64,000 bases of DNA. Origin: an uncultured delta proteobacterium (GTDB lineage: Bacteria > Desulfobacterota > Desulfobulbia > Desulfobulbales > Desulfocapsaceae). Both the position numbers and the translations under genes were made by a program. The notes under the pieces were generated by a model. That model had not been told where the DNA came from. It did no database searches and saw nothing but the letters and a program-made list of their open reading frames with translations. Below, in pieces: positions 9,225 to 17,111 of this stretch. Position 1 is the stretch's first letter. Each line of letters opens with the position of its first letter. Where the stretch lies: NCBI GenBank assembly GCA_963824415.1, contig CAWGPM010000016.1, positions 4,018-68,017 on the forward strand, in the 5' to 3' direction.

Positions 9225-10715
9225 TCAGATCCTGGTCGCCTCATTTACCACCTCGAACTGGCCCATCATGCCGTCATCTTCATGTTCGAGCATATGGCAG
9301 TGATACATGTAGACGCCGGTGTAGTCTGCAAAACGTGAAATGATCCGGACCCGGTCGTTGGGCCAGAGCAGCACCGTATCCTTTCTGCCGGCCTCGATCT
9401 CGCTCGGCGGCTGCCCGTTGCGCTCCAGAATATTGAACTGCACATCATGCAGATGCATTGAGTGTGGGAGTTGCATCATCGTGGTGGAGCGGTTTTCGAT
9501 TTCCCAGATTTCGGTGGAGCCCAGAGCGATCTTTTCATCGATACGGTTCATATCCATTTTTTTGCCGTTGATCGCCAGCCGGTTGCCGCCCATCATACCC
9601 ATGCCGCGGCCCCGGCCGGACATGGTCTCCATGGCAAAATAGCGGGTATTGTCGGCTTCTTTTTCGGCAATGGGTGGCTGCTCTCGAAGAAATTCCGGCA
9701 CACGCTGTTGCCTGGCGCTTTTGCCACTCACTTCGAGCTGCATCGCTTCGTAAGTGTTGCCGCCACTCTGGTCGACCATCAGGCGCAGTCGGTCTCCCTC
9801 GCTGAGCCCACTGCAGTCAAGCAGAAATTCAGCCCGCTCACCCGCTGCCAGAATAATCTCTTTGACCGCCACGGGCCTGCTGAGCAGCCCACCGTCCGAG
9901 CCGATCACCTGGACGGGACGCTCGTCTGAGAATCGCACCCGGTAGATCGATGAGTTAGACCCGTTCAGCAGCCGAAACCTGGAAACGCCCCGCCCCACCT
10001 TCAGTGCCGGCTGGAGCATACCGTTGACCATAAGGTAGTTGCCCAGTACGCCATTCATCACATCGTGCATCGAACGCACATAGGCAAACTGACTATTCTC
10101 AAAGAATCTTCGATCCTGGATGATCAGCGGGATATCGTCCACGCCGTAGTCGGCTGGTAGCGCCAGTGCATCGGCGACCTCATCGTCGATGATGAAGAGG
10201 CCGGCAAGCCCGCGATAGACATGTTCTCCGGTCAGCCCCATGGCGTGGGGATGGTACCAGAGCGTGGCGGCCTGCTGTTTGATCTGAAACTGCGGTCGCC
10301 AGACCGCCCCGGGCTCGATTACCTGATGCGGACCGCCGTCCCAGAGGGCAGGGACATGCAGGCCGTGCCAGTGCACCGTGGTAACCTGGTCCAGTTTGTT
10401 GCTCACTGCAAAGCGTAAATTCTCTCCGTCGCGCACTCGAATCGTCGGGCCGAGAAAAGAACCATTGTAGCCGATGGTGTCGGTCGGGGTACCGGGAAAA
10501 AATTCATGCTGGGCCTTGCGTGCGGCAAAAACCAGTGCTGAATCTCCCTGGTCGTCTTGCGTCTGATCCAGGATCGGGGGAATGAAGAGCTGTTGAGAAA
10601 AAGGTGCAGGCCCTGTTTCGGCCCATGCCTTTCCGGGCGAGAGCAGGGTGTACCTGCCCAGCGCCGCATAGCTTATCGCGGCCAGGCCCTGTCTGATAAA
10701 GGTACGTCGTTTCAT
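9225..10715 (-). CDS. Tat-exported multicopper oxidase (CueO-like)
   Basis: MKRRTFIRQGL twin-arginine signal. Copper-site motifs HWHG, WYHPH and HCHMLEHEDDGMM. Start ATG 10715 is preceded by GAGGAG. Confidence 0.9.
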   Translation of the reverse strand: MKRRTFIRQGLAAISYAALGRYTLLSPGKAWAETGPAPFSQQLFIPPILDQTQDDQGDSALVFAARKAQHEFFPGTPTDTIGYNGSFLGPTIRVRDGENLRFAVSNKLDQVTTVHWHGLHVPALWDGGPHQVIEPGAVWRPQFQIKQQAATLWYHPHAMGLTGEHVYRGLAGLFIIDDEVADALALPADYGVDDIPLIIQDRRFFENSQFAYVRSMHDVMNGVLGNYLMVNGMLQPALKVGRGVSRFRLLNGSNSSIYRVRFSDERPVQVIGSDGGLLSRPVAVKEIILAAGERAEFLLDCSGLSEGDRLRLMVDQSGGNTYEAMQLEVSGKSARQQRVPEFLREQPPIAEKEADNTRYFAMETMSGRGRGMGMMGGNRLAINGKKMDMNRIDEKIALGSTEIWEIENRSTTMMQLPHSMHLHDVQFNILERNGQPPSEIEAGRKDTVLLWPNDRVRIISRFADYTGVYMYHCHMLEHEDDGMMGQFEVVNEATRI

Positions 10716-10832
10716 ATTCTCCTCGCTGAAGTGGCTGTTGTTTATGCCACACAGTAGTATATGCATGGTCCGGGCCCAGGTCGAGCCGGGTGGCTGTGAA
10801 ATTGCAAAAATCGCCGGGACCATGGTAACCTT

Positions 10833-10861
10833 TTCAACGATGCTGCGTTATCTACTATAAT
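10833..10861 (+). promoter_or_regulatory. sigma-70-type promoter candidate for the ECF sigma operon
   Basis: TTCAAC (10833..10838), 17-nt spacer, TATAAT (10856..10861), ~40 nt upstream of ATG 10903. Confidence 0.4.
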
Positions 10862-10902
10862 TGGGCAGCGATGCTGGACAGACAGTCAAGCCGGAAGGGG
10901 TC

Positions 10903-11379
10903 ATGACCGATTCGTATCAACAGTTCTACAGTGCATACAAGGACAGGCTCTACAGCTACCTGCTCTATAAAAGCGAGGACGCGGCAATTGCTGAAGACAT
11001 CATGCAGGAGAGTTTTACGCGTCACTTCAAACATTATGGCGGACAGGCCGCTGCGTCGCCGGCCCTTCTTTTTACTATCGCCCGCAACGCGCTGGCCGAT
11101 CACCACAGATCTGAAACGAGACGCCACCAGGCGATGCTGCCCGGGCAGAAGAGCGTGGTGGGGCAGGAAGAAAGCTATATTGCCCGGGAGGCGTCCGCTG
11201 GAATCATTGATGCCGTGAACCGGCTGCCTGAGCAGGATCGGGAGATTCTGGCGCTGGCGGTGGGCGGCATGCCCTATAAGGAGATAGCCCGGTTTTTGGA
11301 CCTGAGCCTGGCCACCGTCAAGGTCAGAATTCATAGATCACGGAAAAAGCTGCAGCAGATGCTCGAAGGGGAGGGATAG
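10903..11379 (+). CDS. ECF-type RNA polymerase sigma factor
   Basis: Region 2 (DIMQESFTRHF) and region 4 HTH (MPYKEIARFLDLSLATVKVRIHRSRKKL), ~158 aa. Confidence 0.9.
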   Translation: MTDSYQQFYSAYKDRLYSYLLYKSEDAAIAEDIMQESFTRHFKHYGGQAAASPALLFTIARNALADHHRSETRRHQAMLPGQKSVVGQEESYIAREASAGIIDAVNRLPEQDREILALAVGGMPYKEIARFLDLSLATVKVRIHRSRKKLQQMLEGEG

Positions 11380-11381
11380 CC

Positions 11382-11969
11382 ATGGACCACTATATCAGCC
11401 TGTACATAGATGATGAATTGACACTGGAGGAAAAACTCCTGTTCATAGAGCAGGTGCATCGCAGCAGGCACTATACGGACGAAGCGGTTGCGCTGCTCCA
11501 CCAGGAGAAGGAACTTGTTCAACTGTTCAACCGGCAGGCGCCTGGGGCCGAACCCTCCTTCGCTGTCGCGACTAAAAAAAGTGGAAGCATCAGGCTCTTT
11601 GGCCTGGCCGCCGCCGTTTCTCTCCTGCTGAGTCTTCTGTTTTTGTTTCAGATTGGCGTGTTTACCGATAAACCAGCCGGGGATTGGGCCGCAACGCAAC
11701 CGGCAGCGACGGTTCCCTACCGGTTCGTGATCTTCCAGCAGGATAGCGAAACGGTGGAAATAGCGGGCAGCTTTACCGGCTGGCAGAAAGTCGGATTGGT
11801 GCCGACCGGAGCGGACGGTTATTGGGAAATCGTCCTGCATCTGCCGCCGGGCGAACATCAGTATGCTTTTGTGGTGGACGGTACCAGAAATCTACCGGAC
11901 CCGACCGTTTCGTTGACGGAATCGGACGATTTTGGCATGGTCAATTCCATTATTTCGATAGAAGGCTGA
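11382..11969 (+). CDS. anti-sigma factor with one TM and a C-terminal CBM48/AMPK-beta-like glycogen-binding-type domain
   Basis: Starts 3 nt after the sigma gene stop. TM LFGLAAAVSLLLSLLFLF. C-terminus VEIAGSFTGWQKVGLVPTGADGYWEIVLHLPPGEHQYAFVVDG matches the CBM48-like pattern. Confidence 0.7.
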   Translation: MDHYISLYIDDELTLEEKLLFIEQVHRSRHYTDEAVALLHQEKELVQLFNRQAPGAEPSFAVATKKSGSIRLFGLAAAVSLLLSLLFLFQIGVFTDKPAGDWAATQPAATVPYRFVIFQQDSETVEIAGSFTGWQKVGLVPTGADGYWEIVLHLPPGEHQYAFVVDGTRNLPDPTVSLTESDDFGMVNSIISIEG

Positions 11970-11970
11970 C

Positions 11971-12309
11971 ATGGTTCGATGCAGATCCTGGCTACTGCCC
12001 GTTGTATCTCTGGTACTGATTTTTCTGGCAGCCTGCCAGCCCCGCCATTTTGCGCAGATCGAAGATGAGGCGATTTCTCTCTATTTAACCAAGCCTGACG
12101 CCCACCAGGTTCAGCTGGGCTCGAGCATTGACCGTTTTACCCTGCATTCCGCGGTCAACAGAGACGGGGTCTGGGAAGTTACTCTGCCTTATCGTGGCGA
12201 GTTTGAGTATTTTTATCTGGTCGATGGTCAGTTGTTTCTGCCGGAATGCCGGGTGCGGGTCAGTGATGATTTTGGCTCGAAGAACTGTCTTTTTGTCCCG
12301 AACATGTAA
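11971..12309 (+). CDS. lipoprotein with a CBM48/AMPK-beta-like domain
   Basis: Lipobox LAAC. VQLGSSIDRFTLHSAVNRDGVWEVTLPYRGEFEYFYLVDG parallels the anti-sigma C-terminal domain. Starts 2 nt after the previous stop. Confidence 0.65.
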   Translation: MVRCRSWLLPVVSLVLIFLAACQPRHFAQIEDEAISLYLTKPDAHQVQLGSSIDRFTLHSAVNRDGVWEVTLPYRGEFEYFYLVDGQLFLPECRVRVSDDFGSKNCLFVPNM

Positions 12310-12386
12310 CCTGTCGGCATATTTTCCGTTACCTAGAGAAACAACCTTTCACCTGACCATTGCTCTTACTATTGCGAGGCACAGCC

Positions 12387-13412
12387 ATGAAAAAGACATC
12401 AATTCTGATTGGTTTTATCCTGCTTGTACACACATCCCTGCAGGCGGCTGACACCACTGCACAGCGGCCGGCAGAGCTCCCGGCTGCAGCTGGCGAAGCA
12501 GTCAGTGCCGAACTATCGTCGGCTCAAGCTCAGATGCAGTTGAGCGAAGCGATGCGCCAAAACCGTTTCAGTCAGGCGAATAGGGAGCGCATCCGGGAAT
12601 TACTCGAGGATATGGAGCAAGACGGTCTGCCGACTGAACCGGTGACCGACAAGGTCTACGAGGGAATAGCCAAAGGTGTGGAGCCCGAGATTATTGTTCA
12701 GGCCGCAGAGCGGGTACGCAACAGATACCGGATCGCAGAGCGGCAGGCGGGCGAGCTGATCCCAGCCAGTCAGCAGAGAACTCGGCTGCGCGAGATGATC
12801 GTTGGAGCCTACGCTGCCGGGATGACCGAACCCGAATGCAGCAACCTCGTCTCCCAGCTGCAGAGCAGGACCAGAAGTATGGATGCAGCGGAGGTTCAGG
12901 AACTGACCCTGCAGACCATGGCCACGGCACGCGCCATTTTACGGCGGGGGGCCAGCGCCGAAAATACCTCCCAGCTCCTCGAACAGGCCTTGCAACAGTC
13001 GTATCAGGCCGGTGATATGGAGCAGATGAGGCATCAATTCGAGTATCGGGCCAGATATGGCTCCCCGGATCATGTGGCTGCCCAGTTTAATGATGAGATA
13101 GGCAGCGGTGCAAAAGCTGAAGAGCTTGGCAGGAGCAGAAACAGAGGCAGGGAAAGCAATTCTGGTAACTCCGGGGGGGCTGGGAACGGATCGGCTGGGG
13201 CAGACGGTTCTGGAAATTCGGGCAGCTCGGGCGGCAGCGGAGCCGGTTCGTCCGGGAACTCCGGCGGCGGTTCAGAATCGGGCGGAGGATCAGGCACCTC
13301 CGGCGGCGGCAATCAGGGCGGTTCGAGTAATTCCGGCGGCTCGAAGGGCAGCGGGGGCGGCGGTTCGGGCGGTGGCTCCGGCGGTGGCTCCGGCGGTGGA
13401 AGAAGGGGGTAG
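12387..13412 (+). CDS. secreted hypothetical protein: helical domain plus ~95-aa Gly/Ser/Asn low-complexity tail
   Basis: Signal peptide MKKTSILIGFILLVHTSLQA. The tail is NSGNSGGAGNGSAGADGSGNSGSSGG...GGGSGGGSGGGSGGGRRG. GAGG lies upstream of ATG 12387. Confidence 0.6.
   Translation: MKKTSILIGFILLVHTSLQAADTTAQRPAELPAAAGEAVSAELSSAQAQMQLSEAMRQNRFSQANRERIRELLEDMEQDGLPTEPVTDKVYEGIAKGVEPEIIVQAAERVRNRYRIAERQAGELIPASQQRTRLREMIVGAYAAGMTEPECSNLVSQLQSRTRSMDAAEVQELTLQTMATARAILRRGASAENTSQLLEQALQQSYQAGDMEQMRHQFEYRARYGSPDHVAAQFNDEIGSGAKAEELGRSRNRGRESNSGNSGGAGNGSAGADGSGNSGSSGGSGAGSSGNSGGGSESGGGSGTSGGGNQGGSSNSGGSKGSGGGGSGGGSGGGSGGGRRG
13368..13399 (+). repeat. 12-nt tandem repeat (ggcggtggctcc x2.7) encoding GGGS units
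   Basis: Read directly: 13368..13379 and 13380..13391 are identical, followed by a partial third unit. Confidence 0.85.
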
Positions 13413-13468
13413 CGGTGGGGCGGCAGCCGTAAGGTTTTCCTCTTCATACCGGTATTTTGATTGTTTGA

Positions 13469-14770
13469 TCAGAGGTTATTTCTACCCCACCAGGTCCCGG
13501 CCATTGGCGTTCCGCCGACGAAAGCATCTTTGCCCAGGCTGTCCTGAATCCGCAGACACTCATTCCATTTGGCCATGCGTTCGGAGCGATTGAACGAGCC
13601 GACCTTGAGCTGACCGCTGCCCAGGCCGACCGCCAGATGGCTGATCGAAACATCTTCGGTCTCCCCCGAGCGGGCTGAGACTACACCCCGCCAGCCGGCC
13701 TGCTCCGCAGTTATCAGCGCTTCGATCGCTTCGCTGACCGTGCCGACCTGGTTGACTTTGATCAATACCGCATTGCAGGCCCCGGCCCGGACGGCTTCGC
13801 TTACCAGTTTCGGGTTGGTTACCAGATAATCATCGCCGATGATCTGTACGCGCTCGCCATAGCGGCGGGTAAATTCGATCATGCCCTCAGGATCATCCTC
13901 GCCGACGGGGTCTTCGATGGAAATGATGGGATAAGAATCGAGCCAGCCACCGAGCATGTCGAGCAGTGTTCCCGTGTCCATTTCACGGTCTTCCAGGGCT
14001 AGGCGATAGCGGCCGCGCTGGCCGAACTCTGAAGCAGCGACATCAAGCGAGATTACCACCCGCTCGCCCGGCTTTTCGCCTGCTTTTTCAATGGCTCGCA
14101 CCAGGGTTTCCAGAGCCTCTTCGTTGCTGTCGAAGATGGGCCACCAGCCCCCTTCATCGGCGATGCCGGCCAGTCGCCCTTTTTGGGCCATGATGGCCCC
14201 GGCGGCAAAGTATACCTCGCTGGTGATCTCCATCATCTCATCGAAACTCCCGGCTCCCGGCACCATTATCATGAAGTCCTGGATATCGACCCGGCGCTCT
14301 GCATGGGCGCCGCCGCCGAAGATTTGGATTTCGGGCAGCGGAATCGAGGCGCTTCTCTGATAGTGGTCCGCGATATGTTGCCACAGGGGCTTGTCTGCGG
14401 CTGCAGCGGCGGCATGCAGCGCAGCAAGAGACACGGCAACGGTGGCATTGCCGCCCAGCCGCTCTTTTAATGGGGACGGGTCTAGATCCAGTATGGCGTT
14501 GTCGATGGTTTCCTGATCGTTGATTGGCATGCCGATCAGGGCGGGAGCGATAATTTCGTTGACATTGGTCAGCGCCCCCATAACATCCATGCCGCGCAGC
14601 CGGGCGCCGCCGTCGCGCCGGTCGATGGCCTCCCGGGTGCCCCGGGAGGCGCCCGCGGGGGCAATGGCGCTTCCGAAAGCACCGTTATCCAGGGTAATAT
14701 CGACTTCTATGGTCGGGTTACCCCGCGAGTCCCAGACTCTTCGGGGCATAATTGATTGGATCAGGGCCAT
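13469..14770 (-). CDS. enolase-family protein (divergent paralogue with active-site substitutions)
   Basis: WDSRGNPTIEVD, DVAASEF, SIEDP, IGDDY, IKVNQVGT and KVGSFNRSERMAKWN are enolase motifs. It has IQDFMI (canonical IQEFMI) and VSARSGETED (canonical SHRSGETED). Start ATG 14770; the track ORF extends to 14923. Confidence 0.85.
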   Translation of the reverse strand: MALIQSIMPRRVWDSRGNPTIEVDITLDNGAFGSAIAPAGASRGTREAIDRRDGGARLRGMDVMGALTNVNEIIAPALIGMPINDQETIDNAILDLDPSPLKERLGGNATVAVSLAALHAAAAAADKPLWQHIADHYQRSASIPLPEIQIFGGGAHAERRVDIQDFMIMVPGAGSFDEMMEITSEVYFAAGAIMAQKGRLAGIADEGGWWPIFDSNEEALETLVRAIEKAGEKPGERVVISLDVAASEFGQRGRYRLALEDREMDTGTLLDMLGGWLDSYPIISIEDPVGEDDPEGMIEFTRRYGERVQIIGDDYLVTNPKLVSEAVRAGACNAVLIKVNQVGTVSEAIEALITAEQAGWRGVVSARSGETEDVSISHLAVGLGSGQLKVGSFNRSERMAKWNECLRIQDSLGKDAFVGGTPMAGTWWGRNNL

Positions 14771-14774
14771 GATT

Positions 14775-15779
14775 TCAATGCTCCAGGCTGCGGGATAAGC
14801 GATTGACCAGGTCTTCGAGGGAGTCCTCTGGTTTTTCGATAAGTGAAATGGCAAGCGAGCGCACCTGCGTTTGCTCGTTTGCATCGAGGTATTCAACCGG
14901 GGATTTTCCGTCCACCCGGGCAAGCATCAGGGCCGGCAGCAGGGCGCAGACCCGCTTTTCCAGTGCAGCAGTTTCTTCCCAGGTAATCTGCGTACGATAA
15001 GCTGCCCAGAACTTCTTGATTGAAGTCAGCAGATTGTTTCGGGAACTCCGGATATGAACCGCTTTGAGTATCAGGTGATTGAGGCAGAACGAAATATCGA
15101 AGCTGGGATCGCCGATGGTGGCACATTCGGCATCGAGAAAGATCGGTTCCCCCTGCCTGAACATGATGTTTTTGGGACTGACGTCGCCATGGATCAGTAC
15201 CAGTTGATGGTTGTTGAGCATATCCACCAGCGCATGTATCTTCGGGGCAAGCTGCGGGTGTCTGGTTGCGGTGAACACCAGGTAAGGCTCCAGTCGCAGA
15301 TCGTAAAAATCTTTCTGGTTCTGAAAACCTTTGCTGAGCGGCTTGGAAGCGTCTGAGGCCCGGTGAATGAGGCCCAGAACGGTGCCGACTTTTTCGGCTT
15401 CACCACGCTCAGGCTGCCCCTCCAGCAATGCTGCCTTCCAGAGGTACACCCCGTGGCCTTCAACATATTCCATGGCAAAGCCGTTCAATTCAACAGAGTT
15501 GCCATAGAGGCCCGGTGTTGACGGTGGCGCAATCGACGAGACAAATTGCAGCCACAGATATTCCGCCTGGTTGCGGTCGACATTGGCATGCCACTCTTCT
15601 AAGACCTTGAGCTGGTCGAGGGCGAATTTCACGCACACTTTCCGGGTTCCCAGATCCACCAGGGCGATATCGGACGATACCCCGCCGGTCAGCGGCGTGA
15701 TCGACACCACATCATTGTCGGTGCCGAGTTCAAGGGCGGCTACTAATTTCCTGCAGCGCTCTTCTAATGTTGTTGACAT
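14775..15779 (-). CDS. APH/choline-kinase-fold phosphotransferase, substrate unknown
   Basis: LIHGDVSPKNIMF (catalytic loop) and FLDAECATIGDPSFD (DxD-type metal site). The stop lies 4 nt before the enolase-like ATG. Confidence 0.8.
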   Translation of the reverse strand: MSTTLEERCRKLVAALELGTDNDVVSITPLTGGVSSDIALVDLGTRKVCVKFALDQLKVLEEWHANVDRNQAEYLWLQFVSSIAPPSTPGLYGNSVELNGFAMEYVEGHGVYLWKAALLEGQPERGEAEKVGTVLGLIHRASDASKPLSKGFQNQKDFYDLRLEPYLVFTATRHPQLAPKIHALVDMLNNHQLVLIHGDVSPKNIMFRQGEPIFLDAECATIGDPSFDISFCLNHLILKAVHIRSSRNNLLTSIKKFWAAYRTQITWEETAALEKRVCALLPALMLARVDGKSPVEYLDANEQTQVRSLAISLIEKPEDSLEDLVNRLSRSLEH

Positions 15780-15798
15780 AGTCCGAACCTCTCAGTAT

Positions 15799-15812
15799 TG
15801 TTCACGTGAACA
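15799..15812. promoter_or_regulatory. perfect 14-bp palindrome, candidate LacI-family operator
   Basis: TGTTCACGTGAACA in the 114-bp divergent region between the kinase operon and the LacI gene. It fits the TG..CG..CA layout of LacI/GalR operators. Confidence 0.55.
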
Positions 15813-15893
15813 TTACTAGCACCGGGTATAGTGTTCTGTCAAGACAGATCTTCTATTGCAGCGCATTGAAGCACGAAATATCAGGAGCCTGAG

Positions 15894-16889
15894 TTGACCA
15901 AGCGGGTCACCATCAAGTCCATCGCCCACGATCTGGGCATCTCCCATATGACTGTCTCGCGCGCCTTGTCAAACAGTTCCAAGGTGCGCGAGCAAACCAG
16001 AAGGAAGGTTTTACAGCGGGCCCAGGAAATTGGCTACGTGAAAAGTTTTGCCGCGGCGACCATGCGCGGTGAGCAGACCGCACTCATCGGCCTCCTGCTG
16101 CCCAACCTGGTTAATGAATTTTACGCCCGTTTTGCCGACAGCCTGGCCCAGCATCTGGAGGTGGAGGGACAGCAGCTTATCATTCACCTGAGTGGCGACG
16201 ATATAGACAAAGAACGGCAGGCTCTGCTCAAACTTCGCGAGATTCAGGCCAACCGGGTGGTGATGGTTCCCGCCCCCGGTGTTTACGAGAATCAGAAGCG
16301 CTATTTACAGGACCTGCAGATTATCCAGTTGATCAGGCAGCGTGAAATGAACGTTGCGGCTGGTGCCGTTCTGGTAGACGACTCCGGGGCGATCGTCCAG
16401 GCGGTGGCCCACCTGGCAGATCAGGGGCACCGTCGAATCGCATACATAGGGGGCGACTCCTTGCTTTCCTCGGGTCGCAGTCGTCTTGCCGCCTTTTTAA
16501 GCGGTATGCGGCTGGCCGGGTTGGAGCCTGGGGCTGATCAGATGATCACCGAGAGGCCGTCATTTGCAATGGGCTACCACTCTGCCCGGGGGCTCGTCGA
16601 TCAGGGCAGGGTCACGGCGATCGTCTGCGGCGGCTTTGAAATCTCCAACGGGGCCCTGCATGCTTGTCTTGCTCGGGGTATTTCCCTGTCCGGGGATATC
16701 TCGTTCATCGGTTTTGGAGACCCCTCCTGGTATCGCTGGATAGGCGGCGGAATCTCCACGATAAAAATTCCGGTTACGAGTCTGGCGGCAAAGACCGCAG
16801 AAATGCTTGTAAAAAAAGACAGCGCAGAAAAAAACTATGATTTTCGGCACCAGCTTACGGCAGAATTTATCAGGCGCCGGTCATCATAA
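15894..16889 (+). CDS. LacI family transcriptional regulator
   Basis: N-terminal HTH VTIKSIAHDLGISHMTVSRALSN plus a periplasmic-binding-protein-like core. TTG start with AGGAG 6 nt upstream. Confidence 0.9.
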   Translation: MTKRVTIKSIAHDLGISHMTVSRALSNSSKVREQTRRKVLQRAQEIGYVKSFAAATMRGEQTALIGLLLPNLVNEFYARFADSLAQHLEVEGQQLIIHLSGDDIDKERQALLKLREIQANRVVMVPAPGVYENQKRYLQDLQIIQLIRQREMNVAAGAVLVDDSGAIVQAVAHLADQGHRRIAYIGGDSLLSSGRSRLAAFLSGMRLAGLEPGADQMITERPSFAMGYHSARGLVDQGRVTAIVCGGFEISNGALHACLARGISLSGDISFIGFGDPSWYRWIGGGISTIKIPVTSLAAKTAEMLVKKDSAEKNYDFRHQLTAEFIRRRSS

Positions 16890-16957
16890 CCCGACAAACG
16901 ATAGTGAGAATGGTTCTGTCCAGAGCGGCCCCTTCTTGTTTGAGGCCAGCTATATAT

Positions 16958-17108
16958 TTAAAGCTACCTTGAGAAATTGTCTTGTTGCCCAAATGCTGCG
17001 TTGCGTGTAAAAATTTTATCCTCGGCATATCAATTATATGCCTGCGGCAAAATTTTCACATGTGCCTTGATTTTGAACCAAAATCCTGATTTTGCAAGGT
17101 ACCCTTAA
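16958..17108 (+). repeat. family-1 ~145-bp imperfect-palindrome repeat, full copy C1
   Basis: ttaaaGCTACCTTGAGAAATTGTC...ATTTTGCAAGGTACCCttaa, between convergent LacI and glpD gene ends. About 85-90% identical to the copies at 25992, 34551, 40159 and 63795. Confidence 0.9.
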
Positions 17109-17111
17109 AAG

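Noticed and set aside
13070-13312. Pro/Glu-rich 80-aa ORF on the minus strand.
   Set aside because: It is the antisense reading of the Gly/Ser-rich tail (GGN/AGC codons read as NCC/GCT) and has no independent signals.
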